DNA from: Myxococcales bacterium
GTDB lineage: Bacteria; Myxococcota_A; Polyangia; Polyangiales; DASUME01
Reading direction: 5' to 3'
DNA: 64,000 nucleotides
Assembly (NCBI GenBank): GCA_047601445.1
Contig: JASGJH010000001.1
Coordinates: forward strand, 3,392,001-3,456,000
Shown: piece by piece, positions 9,433 to 18,211 of the stretch
Position numbering within the stretch: the first letter of the stretch is position 1
How the letters are laid out: each line of letters starts with the position of its first letter
Made by a program: the position numbers and the translations under genes
The notes under the pieces: model-generated
The model's database searches: none
What the model was told of the DNA's origin: nothing
The model's input: only the letters and a program-made list of their open reading frames with translations

Positions 9433-10923
9433 TCAACGTCTGCCGCCGAAATCGGATATGCCGTGGGGACTGCCGGTTTCCTGAGGAATTTTTCCGCTCG
9501 CCTCGGGCCCGGGTACTCCGGAGGGCCTCGCCGGGGCCGGCTCCGAACTGGGCTTGGGACGCGTGCGCGGCACCTTGGGCGCCGGGCTGGGATCCGCGGC
9601 AACCTGCGCAGGCGGCACCTCGGAGGGAACGGCCGCGACTGGCTCGCTGGATGGCTTGGGCTCGCCGAGCGCGTCGTTCCCCACGGGCTTGAGGAGGGAC
9701 GTGCTGGGCACCGGAGCGTCGCCGCTCGCCACGCTCGGCAAAGGCGGCACGGGGGGCTGGCCGACGTTCCGGGTCCCCGCATCGGCGCCGATGGTGAGGG
9801 CCGCGTTTCCCGTGTCGCGTGCACCGCCCGCGAGTCGTCGCGAAAGCGCCGCACTCAAGCCTGCGCCAGCGACCAACAACAACACCAGCAGCGCCCAACG
9901 ACGCCGTGACCAACCTGGTGGGGCGTCCAGCTGTGCGCCGCTCGGTACGCGAACGGACGCCTCATGCGGCGCCGACGCGCTCTGGTGACTCTGGCGCGGA
10001 GGAGGCGGATGCGAGGACACCTTCACCGTGCGCGATACGGAGACCTGGGGCGTGGGCGCGAAAGGCAAGAGCGCCTGGGAGAACTCTTGGGCGCTCGCGT
10101 AGCGCTCGTCGCGCGACTTCTTGAGCGCGCGCATGACGATTCCCTCGAGTCCCACGGGCAGGTTCAAGCCCAGGCTCGAGAGCGGCTCGGCTTCGGTCGT
10201 GAGTACGGCGGTGACGAGCTGCGGAATGGTCTCGCCATAGAAAGGCGTGCGACCCGTGAGGAGCTCGTAGAGGATGATGCCGAGCGCCCAGATGTCCGTG
10301 CGGCCATCGACATCCCTGGAGGAGTTCAATTGCTCCGGAGACATATAAATGGGCGACCCCACCAGCGACGCCGTCTTGGTCAGCGTGCGGTGCGGCGTGC
10401 CCGAACTCGACAGCGACTTCGAGACGCCGAAGTCCAGCACCTTGAGCAAGCGCCCCCCATCGGGGCGCTGCACCATGAACAGATTGGCGGGCTTGAGATC
10501 GCGGTGCACGATGCCGCAACCGTGGGCCTCGCTCAGCGCCTCGCAGGCCTCACGCACGATGCGCACGGCCTCGACCGCGGGCAACTTGCCGCGCTGAGCA
10601 AGCTCGTCCGCCAGGTCCATCCCCTCCAGGTACTCCATCACCAGGAAGGGTGTGCCATCGTCGAGCGCTCCCGTATCGAGCACACGACACACGTGCTGGC
10701 TGCGGATACGCGCGGCCGCGCGGGCCTCACGCTGGAAACGTTCGATCGCCGATTCGTCGTGCTGCAGGCGCTCGCGCAGGAGCAACTTGATGGCGACGCG
10801 CTGATCGAGGCCCGTGTGCCACGCCGCGATGACGACGCCCATGCCGCCCTCGCCCAGGACGCGCTCCACCACGTACTTGTTGGCGATTATCTGGCCCGTC
10901 GCGACCGGAGAGGAGTTGCGCAT
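9433..10923 (-). CDS. Membrane Hanks-type Ser/Thr protein kinase
   Basis: GEGGMG, VAIK, HRDLKPAN, DFG, YMSPE and DIWALG; TM helix followed by a Pro-rich tail. Confidence 0.95.
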   Translation of the reverse strand: MRNSSPVATGQIIANKYVVERVLGEGGMGVVIAAWHTGLDQRVAIKLLLRERLQHDESAIERFQREARAAARIRSQHVCRVLDTGALDDGTPFLVMEYLEGMDLADELAQRGKLPAVEAVRIVREACEALSEAHGCGIVHRDLKPANLFMVQRPDGGRLLKVLDFGVSKSLSSSGTPHRTLTKTASLVGSPIYMSPEQLNSSRDVDGRTDIWALGIILYELLTGRTPFYGETIPQLVTAVLTTEAEPLSSLGLNLPVGLEGIVMRALKKSRDERYASAQEFSQALLPFAPTPQVSVSRTVKVSSHPPPPRQSHQSASAPHEASVRVPSGAQLDAPPGWSRRRWALLVLLLVAGAGLSAALSRRLAGGARDTGNAALTIGADAGTRNVGQPPVPPLPSVASGDAPVPSTSLLKPVGNDALGEPKPSSEPVAAVPSEVPPAQVAADPSPAPKVPRTRPKPSSEPAPARPSGVPGPEASGKIPQETGSPHGISDFGGRR

Positions 10924-11258
10924 TAGGGTCCTCGGTGAGCACCGCGCCCGCAGATGTCTCGAAACCTAGTCGAGCCATGAGGACGAGGCGAGCGCCGCCC
11001 TCGCGAGAGTGGAACGGAATCGACCGAGCCGTGAGTAAAAGCGGACGAGGCACGCACTTCGCGGCCAGGAGTTTTCGCCCCGTTATCGAGCGCGACTCCG
11101 GACGATGGCGAATGCCTACGCGTAGACAGTCCGCCACGAGCCGGTCCTGGACGAGGATCGTGCATTTACGTGATGTACGAGCGAATGCGCGGAGTGCTCC
11201 CCGCGTCGAGGCCTGATTTCGCCGGTGGCGCAGGCATGATGCACGGCTGCACGATCCA

Positions 11259-11275
11259 TTGCGCAACTTGCGCAA
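11259..11275. promoter_or_regulatory. Tandem palindrome TTGCGCAA-C-TTGCGCAA, candidate regulator site
   Basis: Two perfect 8-bp palindromes in the ~385-bp non-coding region upstream of the kinase operon. Confidence 0.3.
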
Positions 11276-11307
11276 GTCAGCGGCCGTGCGCGCTTAGTCA
11301 GGTGGAA

Positions 11308-12228
11308 CTAGAAGCAGTCGGCCAGCTGACTCAGTTCCTTGCGCGCGAGCTCGGCCGTGACCAGCAAGGGGAGCTCGAAGCGTGGCAGCGGCAACTCTTC
11401 CTGGACGCGAGCCAGCGCGTCCGCCTGCACGCGCTCGCGCAGCGTGCGCCGACGGCCGGCCACCAGCAGCGAATGGATGGGGCTTTCAGGCGCGATATCA
11501 CGCGCCACCGAGGTAACGATGTCCCCCTCTTCGGCGCTGAACAGCCTGGGCAGCAGGCCATTGACCACGAGGCCCGCCACGGGCAGCCCGAGCTCGTCCC
11601 GCAGCGCTGCGTTGAGCTCGATGCTCTCACTCACCGGCATGTCTTCGGGCAACGTGACGATCAGCGCGCCAGCGCGCGTAGGGTCCGCGAACAACTCCCA
11701 GGCTCGCTCGGCTTCGCGCCGCAAGAGGCCGGGCGGCGCCACGTCGAGCAGCACGCGCGGCACGCGCATCATCTCCAGCCCATGGCCGGTGGCGGGCGAG
11801 TCGAGGATCACCATGTCGTAGCGCTTGCGCCCGTCGGGCGTGAGCTCGCGCGCGTGAAACTGCGCCTTGCCGAGCATCGACCAAGCCTCGATGCCGGGCG
11901 TGCCGCGCAGGAAGGCCGCCACCAATCGGTTCTCGAAGATGGCGCGGTACAGCGCGCGCACCTTGAGCACCATCATGCCGTACTCTTCGAGGGCTTCCTT
12001 GGGGTTCATGTTGACGGCGTCGATGCCCGGCAACACGGTCTGGTTGTAGGCCCCGATAGGCGGTACTTCGAGCAGCTGACTGACGCGCTCCTTGGCGTTG
12101 CACATTGCGATCAGCACGCGCTTGCCACGCCGCGCGGCGGCCAACGCCAGAGCGGTACTCACGGTGGTTTTACCCACTCCGCCTTTGCCCACCACTGTCA
12201 CGAACTGCAGATTGAACAGATCAGGCAT
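11308..12228 (-). CDS. ArsA/Get3-family ATPase
   Basis: Deviant Walker A GKGGVGKTT, DSPATGH, TLPEDMPVSE and VVN; likely ATG at 12228. Confidence 0.85.
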   Translation of the reverse strand: MPDLFNLQFVTVVGKGGVGKTTVSTALALAAARRGKRVLIAMCNAKERVSQLLEVPPIGAYNQTVLPGIDAVNMNPKEALEEYGMMVLKVRALYRAIFENRLVAAFLRGTPGIEAWSMLGKAQFHARELTPDGRKRYDMVILDSPATGHGLEMMRVPRVLLDVAPPGLLRREAERAWELFADPTRAGALIVTLPEDMPVSESIELNAALRDELGLPVAGLVVNGLLPRLFSAEEGDIVTSVARDIAPESPIHSLLVAGRRRTLRERVQADALARVQEELPLPRFELPLLVTAELARKELSQLADCF

Positions 12229-12291
12229 CCAGGCGATTTCTCTTCTCGAAAGAGGGGAGTCTACCAGCATTAGGGCCGCGCGCAGGTGGGG

Positions 12292-12945
12292 TCAACCGGG
12301 CGCCTCGACGAGCAGGTCGGCAGGCGCCGGGACGAGTAGCGCCGTGAGCTCCTCCGGGGAGCCGTCCAGGGCTAGCCAACGCTCGACGGCATCCACCGAG
12401 CCGAGCACTGCAGGCATGCGCCCGTGAATGGGGGCCACCCGTTCGTTCGGCGGCACAGTGATGACCGCGTACGTGCCTACCCGCTCCCCGGAAGGGGCAC
12501 GCCAGCTCGCCCATAGCCCAGCCAGGGGCAGGAAGGGCAGCTCCGACCCCACCAGCCGGAACACGAAGCGCTGGCTGCGCTTGCCCTCCTTGTGCCATTC
12601 GTAGAACGCGCTCACCGGAACCACGCAGCGGCGACTGCGGAAGGCTTCTCGAAAGGCTGGCTTTTGCTCCAGAGTCTCGGCGCGAGCGTTGAACATCTTG
12701 TCCCCCTCGGCCAGGGAGGTCGCCCAGTGCGGCACCAGGCCCCAGCGCGACAGCCCGAGCCAGCGCTCGGCCTGGGCACGCTCGGAGCTCGGCTTGCGGG
12801 TCAGTACGATGGGGCCCTGCATGCGCGGAAAGTGCTCACGGGCCAGGCCCGCCAGCGTTTCCCCGAGCTCGGGCATGCTGACGTCGACGCGAAACGCCGA
12901 GATCAGCGCTTCCGGATCGGCATCGAGCTCATAGCCCCCACACAT
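12292..12945 (-). CDS. SOS response-associated peptidase (SRAP/YedK/HMCES family)
   Basis: N-terminal Cys2 (MCG), RWGLVP, FNARAET, FYEW and IHGRMP. Confidence 0.9.
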   Translation of the reverse strand: MCGGYELDADPEALISAFRVDVSMPELGETLAGLAREHFPRMQGPIVLTRKPSSERAQAERWLGLSRWGLVPHWATSLAEGDKMFNARAETLEQKPAFREAFRSRRCVVPVSAFYEWHKEGKRSQRFVFRLVGSELPFLPLAGLWASWRAPSGERVGTYAVITVPPNERVAPIHGRMPAVLGSVDAVERWLALDGSPEELTALLVPAPADLLVEAPG

Positions 12946-12974
12946 CCGCTCAAGACTGGGGCACGCGGCGGTCG

Positions 12975-13661
12975 CTAGCCAGCCTGGAGCTCGATACGGA
13001 ACACATTTCGCCCCAGCTTTTCCTGGCTAGACAGGCGGGCGCCCAGGGTGCGCGCAAGGATGCCCGCCGCGAACAGGCCGAGCCCACGCCCGTAGCGCCC
13101 ATCGGCGCGCCCCTTGATTTGCAGCTGGCCGTCCAAGGTGAAAGCCACATCCCCCAGGCTGGCTGCGAGGGGCTTGCCCTCGTCGCTGACCTCCACCGCC
13201 ACCTTGCCCTCATCGAGCACGGCCCGCACCACCACGGTCTTGCCGGGTGCGTGTTGGTGACCGTTGCTGATCAGCAGCTCGATCAGGCGCTCGAGGGCCT
13301 CACCGCCGACCACGTTGAGCTCACGCTCCGGCGGGATGAACATGACCGAGCCGAACTTGATGCGCCCCTGGGCGCGGTCGAAGACCTGCCGCAAGTCCTG
13401 CACGGTGGTGGGGTGCGTCTCGTGCTCGTTGAAATAACGGCCCATCCAGGCAAGCTGGTCGAGCCCGCGCATGAGATCCCCGAGCGCTTGCTGAGAGTCC
13501 GCCAAGGCCTCTTGAAGCTCGGACGACGGCAACGTGGGATCGCCGATACCGTCACGCACGAAGCCGAGGTTGGCCGCCAGGGTCGCGGCGGGATTACGTA
13601 GATCGTGAACGATCAATCCGAACAACCATTCCAACTGAGCAGGCTGCGCTTCGGGCACCAT
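12975..13661 (-). CDS. Small soluble histidine kinase-like protein with no sensor domain
   Basis: HDLRNP H-box, LISNG N-box, degenerate G1 (DEGKP) and GRGLGL G2. Confidence 0.7.
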   Translation of the reverse strand: MVPEAQPAQLEWLFGLIVHDLRNPAATLAANLGFVRDGIGDPTLPSSELQEALADSQQALGDLMRGLDQLAWMGRYFNEHETHPTTVQDLRQVFDRAQGRIKFGSVMFIPPERELNVVGGEALERLIELLISNGHQHAPGKTVVVRAVLDEGKVAVEVSDEGKPLAASLGDVAFTLDGQLQIKGRADGRYGRGLGLFAAGILARTLGARLSSQEKLGRNVFRIELQAG

Positions 13662-13690
13662 TCCCTCCGACGCCACAACTGTTCAATGCC

Positions 13691-14680
13691 TCAAGGAAAT
13701 GGCAACACGTCGTCTTCACCGTAGCGATCGATCAGTGCGGCCACATAGGAGAGCAGCGTCAGCCGGCGTTCCTCGAGCGCGGCCCACTGGGCGCTCGTCA
13801 GGACCGCACCCAGCCCCCGCGCGCGCAAGGTTTGCTCGAGCTTGTGTGGGTCGTTCGCCTTGAGACTTTCCACGAAACTTCGGGAAAATCGCTGCACGCG
13901 CCGGAGCCGGGTGAGGAGACGTCCCCGTTGGGTCGCAGACAGAGGATCGCCGAAGGCCACGTTGTGGTCCCGGAAGTAGATGAAACTCTCACTATGATCA
14001 CCCTGAGCGTTGGCCCCGCTGAAGCGGTCCCAGTTGGCGATCAAGTAGTCGAAACACACCATCGTGCTGATCTGCGCAGCCAGGACGCGCGACTTGTCGC
14101 GGTCTGACAGCGGGTGCTCCTGAGACAGCCAGCGTGACCAGCGCTCCACCCCCTCCTCGTTGTCGAGCCCGAGCTCGTGCAAGTCCGGGATCCAGTAGAT
14201 GGCCGCACCCTGCACGCTGCCATCGCGCACGATCATGCCCGCCTCGAGTTCTGGCCAGCGCTCCTGATAGCGACCGCGCAACCATCCCTGGAGCTGCGCC
14301 ACCGAGAAACTGCGCTGCACGGCCGGCACCACGTTGGCGATGCCCAGAGCGCGCCCGACGGCGAAGGCGGCCAGCTCCGCGCGATAGCCCTCGGGGTGAG
14401 CCTTGGAGGCCGGCTTGAAGGCGGCATCGACGGGGCCGGCCAGGTCCATCTTGAAGGCCACCGAGCTGGTGCCCACGGGCTTTAACGAGATCGGTTGGGC
14501 GCTGCCCAGGGCTGCTTCGATCTCGGCGACGGAAACTCCCGCGTCAACGCCGAACTCTTGCGAGTCCTCGGGACGCGCTTGCGCATGCGCCGAGTCGCGC
14601 AGCGCCAACCCGGAGTGCCACCACGACACCGTGAGGGCCAGGGCGATCCAGAGCAGCTTCCTTCGCGACACGCAAGACAT
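13691..14680 (-). CDS. Atypical kinase-fold protein (Fam20/four-jointed-like), probably exported
   Basis: Hydrophobic leader ending AHAQA; AAFKP (Lys), AELAAF (alphaC Glu), FDYLIANWDR and RDHNVAF. Confidence 0.55.
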   Translation of the reverse strand: MSCVSRRKLLWIALALTVSWWHSGLALRDSAHAQARPEDSQEFGVDAGVSVAEIEAALGSAQPISLKPVGTSSVAFKMDLAGPVDAAFKPASKAHPEGYRAELAAFAVGRALGIANVVPAVQRSFSVAQLQGWLRGRYQERWPELEAGMIVRDGSVQGAAIYWIPDLHELGLDNEEGVERWSRWLSQEHPLSDRDKSRVLAAQISTMVCFDYLIANWDRFSGANAQGDHSESFIYFRDHNVAFGDPLSATQRGRLLTRLRRVQRFSRSFVESLKANDPHKLEQTLRARGLGAVLTSAQWAALEERRLTLLSYVAALIDRYGEDDVLPFP

Positions 14681-14742
14681 GGGGCGACGCAAGCTTAGTC
14701 GAAGCGCGACCGCGGGCGACGCGTGCAGAGCAGACCCGGCTC

Positions 14743-14871
14743 TCAGCGTTTCCGCTCACGTTGCTTGCGCGCCAGTTCGGCACGCGCAGCCTTGGCTCCA
14801 TACACGAAGCCCAGGGCGAAGCCGATCAGCAGGACACCGGGGATGTACAGGACGTGGGCGGCGGACGGCAT
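14743..14871 (-). CDS. 42-aa single-TM small protein (not in the ORF track)
   Basis: MPSAAHVLYIPGVLLIGFALGFVYGAKAARAELARKQRERKR*; starts 3 nt after the ccmD-like stop. Confidence 0.65.
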   Translation of the reverse strand: MPSAAHVLYIPGVLLIGFALGFVYGAKAARAELARKQRERKR

Positions 14872-14874
14872 GGC

Positions 14875-15153
14875 TCAGGCCTTGCGCTTTTGCTCGAGTA
14901 GGGCCGACAGGCGCTCCACTTCCGCGGCCGTGCGGCGCTGCATCAGACCCAGCCGAGCCACATAGGCGAGCAGCGCGGCGAGCACGAAGCCGTAGGCGCC
15001 GATGAGCAAGGGACCGCCGGGGACGCTCTCCTTTTGCGGGCCCTCGACGGCCTGGAACGTGGTGGCGCGGCTCTCCTCCGCGCCTTCCTGGGCCTGGGCG
15101 ATGCCCGACCATCCGAGCCAGAGCACGAGACCAAGCGTTCGAATCCAACTCAT
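14875..15153 (-). CDS. CcmD-like heme export accessory protein
   Basis: ATGA overlap with the ccmC stop; GAYG…LLAYVARL TM followed by a charged coil. Confidence 0.6.
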   Translation of the reverse strand: MSWIRTLGLVLWLGWSGIAQAQEGAEESRATTFQAVEGPQKESVPGGPLLIGAYGFVLAALLAYVARLGLMQRRTAAEVERLSALLEQKRKA

Positions 15154-15869
15154 GCGTGTTCCTCCAACAGACCGAGCTCGGCCGCGTCGAGCTCCAAGAG
15201 CTGCACCCGCTGACGTTCGCGCTCCGCCCGAGCGCGCGCCCAAATCAAGAGCGACGATAGCGCCAGAAAGGCCAGGCCGCTGATGCGCAGGGCGCTCGCC
15301 ATGTCAGGGTGAAGCCCGCCGCCCTTGGCGGTGATCACGGTGGGGTGCTGACCGCGCCACAGCTGCACGCTGTAGTGGATGATGGGCATCAAGGCGCCGC
15401 CGAGCAGGGCCAAGCCCGCCGCGAAGCGTCGCTCGACCTCCCCGGTGGAGCCGAGATTCCGCAGCAGCAGGTAGGCCGCGTAGATCATGCCCGTGAGCAG
15501 CGTGGTGGTGAGGCGCGGATCCCAGGTCCAGCCGGTGCCCCACGCCTTGTAGGCCCACAACGGGCCCGTGACCATCACGATCACGCAGAACACGGAGCCG
15601 ACCTCGGCGCCCCCGACCGCCACCGCCTCCCACGCGTCATTGCGCTTGGCGAGATAGACCGCGCTGCCGATCACGCTGAGCGTGTACCCCACGTACATGG
15701 CCCAGGCGCTGGGCACGTGAAAGTAGAAGATCTTCTGCACGATCCCCATCTGCAGCTCCACCGGGGCCACCGCGAAGATCACGTACAGGGCGCGCGCCAG
15801 CAGCAGACCGGTGACGACCGCCAAGAGGACGAATCCCCAGGGCGGTTTGGGCGAGGGCGAAGGACTCAT
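15150..15869 (-). CDS. ccmC: Cytochrome c biogenesis heme exporter CcmC
   Basis: IFYFHVPSAW, WWD domain TGPLWAYKAWGTGWTWDPRLTT, and SVQLWRGQHP. Confidence 0.9.
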   Translation of the reverse strand: MSPSPSPKPPWGFVLLAVVTGLLLARALYVIFAVAPVELQMGIVQKIFYFHVPSAWAMYVGYTLSVIGSAVYLAKRNDAWEAVAVGGAEVGSVFCVIVMVTGPLWAYKAWGTGWTWDPRLTTTLLTGMIYAAYLLLRNLGSTGEVERRFAAGLALLGGALMPIIHYSVQLWRGQHPTVITAKGGGLHPDMASALRISGLAFLALSSLLIWARARAERERQRVQLLELDAAELGLLEEHA

Positions 15870-15909
15870 GGCGGACAGCCTAGCGCGAAGCTATCTCCCC
15901 TGAAACAAC

Positions 15910-17100
15910 GTGGCAAAGCCCCGACGCCAGAGCTATTTCCCCCTCCCCCTTAGCGAGACCTTTTTGGGCTCCCTGACCCGAACCGGCCGCAAGCTGGCCC
16001 TGGGCCCCTCGGCAGGGGGTGCGCTCTCGGACGCGGTGGCCGAGCTGAGCCGCGTCTATACGCGCGAACGCGACGCGCTCGCCGAGCGCAGCCGGGGCCA
16101 GACGGTGCTGGGGGCGCGGCTCGCCTTCTTTCTGCCGCGCGATCTGGTCAAGGTCCTCGGTCCGCTGTCCGAGATAAAGGACTGGCTCGTAGCGCACCCG
16201 GAGCGCAGCCTGCGCGTGCTCGACGTCGGTGCCGGCCTCGGCGCCACCAGCCTGGGCCTCTCGCGTTTCCTGCGGCTCGCGGGTGCCCGCGTGGAGCGCC
16301 TAGAGGTCACGGCCCTCGAGCGCGATGCGCGGGCCCTCTCCGTGTTCGAGCACCTGTGCGGTGAGTTGGTCGCGATGCCGGACGAATTCGTGCCGATTCA
16401 GCTCGACGCGCGGACCCAGGACGTGAGCGATGCGCGCCTGGGCAGCGAGTTCGACCTGGTGTTGTTCGGCTTCGTGCTCAACGAGCTCTACACGGACCTC
16501 CCCGTCGAGCAGCGCATCACGCGGCGCACCCAGCTGCTCGAGCAAGCCGCGAGCAGGCTGCGACCGGGCGGCGCAGTGATCGTGCTCGAGCCCGCGCTCA
16601 AGGAGAGCACGCGGGAGCTGATGCGCGTGCGCGACGAGCTCGCCGCAAGCCCCAAGGCTCCCTTCGTGTTCGCGCCCTGCACGCGCCTGGGTCCATGCCC
16701 GATGCTCGCTGGCGAACGCGATTGGTGTCACCAGGAACTGCCGTATGTGCTGCCTCCCGCGCTCGCGCAGGTGGCCCAGGGCGCGGGCCTACGCTTCGAG
16801 GGCTTGAGCTATGCGAGCCTCGTGCTGCGCAACGAGCCGCGCGTCTTCACGCCGGCGCCGGGGGCCGAAGGAGACGCGCTCTACCGCATCGTAAGCGAGC
16901 GACTCGAGAGCAAGGGCAAGCTCGAGCTGTACGGCTGCGGCGAGGCCGGCTACGTGCGCTTTACGCGGCTCGAGCGCGACGACAGCGAGGAGAACCGCGC
17001 CTTCGGGGAAGCCCGCCGCGGAGACCTCTTGCGCATCGCCGAACCACTGGATCCCCCTGGGCGGCTCGGCAAACAAACCCGCGCAAAGCGCCAGTCGTAG
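15910..17100 (+). CDS. Rsm22/METTL17-like SAM methyltransferase
   Basis: VLDVGAGLGA, FVLNEL, VLEPA, APC…CP…DWCH, and SKGKLELYGC. Confidence 0.75.
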   Translation: MAKPRRQSYFPLPLSETFLGSLTRTGRKLALGPSAGGALSDAVAELSRVYTRERDALAERSRGQTVLGARLAFFLPRDLVKVLGPLSEIKDWLVAHPERSLRVLDVGAGLGATSLGLSRFLRLAGARVERLEVTALERDARALSVFEHLCGELVAMPDEFVPIQLDARTQDVSDARLGSEFDLVLFGFVLNELYTDLPVEQRITRRTQLLEQAASRLRPGGAVIVLEPALKESTRELMRVRDELAASPKAPFVFAPCTRLGPCPMLAGERDWCHQELPYVLPPALAQVAQGAGLRFEGLSYASLVLRNEPRVFTPAPGAEGDALYRIVSERLESKGKLELYGCGEAGYVRFTRLERDDSEENRAFGEARRGDLLRIAEPLDPPGRLGKQTRAKRQS

Positions 17101-17103
17101 CGT

Positions 17104-18144
17104 TCAAGAAGCGCGCTGCGCGAGCGCCACGTCGGGGCTTTGCCCCTGAAGCGGCGGGCGATGCGCGCTCCGATACTGAGCCGGGGTCAGCCCCGTCCAG
17201 CGCTTGAAGGCGCGGTGATAGGCACTCACCTCCGAGAAACCAAGGGCGTTGGACACCGCCTCCGCCGAGCGCTTGGGGTCCTTGGCGAGAATCAAGGCAC
17301 GGTCCCGCTGCATGTCGTCGATGAGCTCGCGGAAGCACACGCCCTCGGCCGCCAGCCGGCGTCGCAGCGAACGCTCGGACATGCCCAGTGCGCCGGCCGT
17401 GTGGGCCATCTCCGGGCGCTCGCCGAGCTTCAGGCCCGAGAGCACGGCGCGCGCGCGCTGACTCACACGCGCGGTGGAGAGGCGCTCGAGCGCGCGATTG
17501 GCCTCCGCCTTGAGCAGCGCATGGAGCGCAGGATCCCAGTTCGGCTGCTCGAGCTCGAGGAAGTGCTCGGGAAACACGAAGGCGTTGTAGAGCATGTCGA
17601 AGCGCACGTTGGGACCGAACACACGGAAGTAGTCTTCGGCGTAGTTGGGCCGCGGATGGGCGAACCAAATCTCGAGCCCGCTGCGTCGCGACACGAACAG
17701 CTTTCCGAACTGGGCGAAGCGGGCCATGCCGAACTCGGCCGACAGGCGCAGCGAGCGCGGGCTGCCCACCACGCTGGGGTAAACCACGAAGGCTCGCCCG
17801 TCTTCGACGCGCAGCTCCGGACGCTGGGCGTCGAGGATCAGCGGGTAGTAGGTGAGCGCAACTTGGATGCACTCACGCAAGCTGCGGGAGTTCGCGGCCA
17901 GCTGCCCCACGATGCCAAAGCCTTGACCTCCCCCTTGCTCCCCCAGGTGAAGTCCCAGGGCCTCGTCGCCGGTGACCTCGAAGGCGCGCTCCTCGAGCCA
18001 GGCATGGGGGCTGCGCGTCACGCCGGACGGCCGCGCTTCGCGCCGCTCGTCACCCGCCCGCGCGATCAGGAGGCTCGGGTCGATGCCGACGCCCTGGGAG
18101 ACCGTTTGCAGCAGGGAACCAACGAGGGAGGTGGAGGCCAACAT
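17104..18144 (-). CDS. AraC-family transcriptional regulator (OruR/ArgR-like N-domain)
   Basis: C-terminal HTH LGMSERSLRRRL…LGFSEVSAYHRAFKRWTG. Confidence 0.9.
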   Translation of the reverse strand: MLASTSLVGSLLQTVSQGVGIDPSLLIARAGDERREARPSGVTRSPHAWLEERAFEVTGDEALGLHLGEQGGGQGFGIVGQLAANSRSLRECIQVALTYYPLILDAQRPELRVEDGRAFVVYPSVVGSPRSLRLSAEFGMARFAQFGKLFVSRRSGLEIWFAHPRPNYAEDYFRVFGPNVRFDMLYNAFVFPEHFLELEQPNWDPALHALLKAEANRALERLSTARVSQRARAVLSGLKLGERPEMAHTAGALGMSERSLRRRLAAEGVCFRELIDDMQRDRALILAKDPKRSAEAVSNALGFSEVSAYHRAFKRWTGLTPAQYRSAHRPPLQGQSPDVALAQRAS

Positions 18145-18211
18145 GTCCGAGCTTCTCGCACCCGCGGTTCCAATCGGGCTTGAACGAATCGGCTCTCCTG
18201 GGCTGCCAAAG

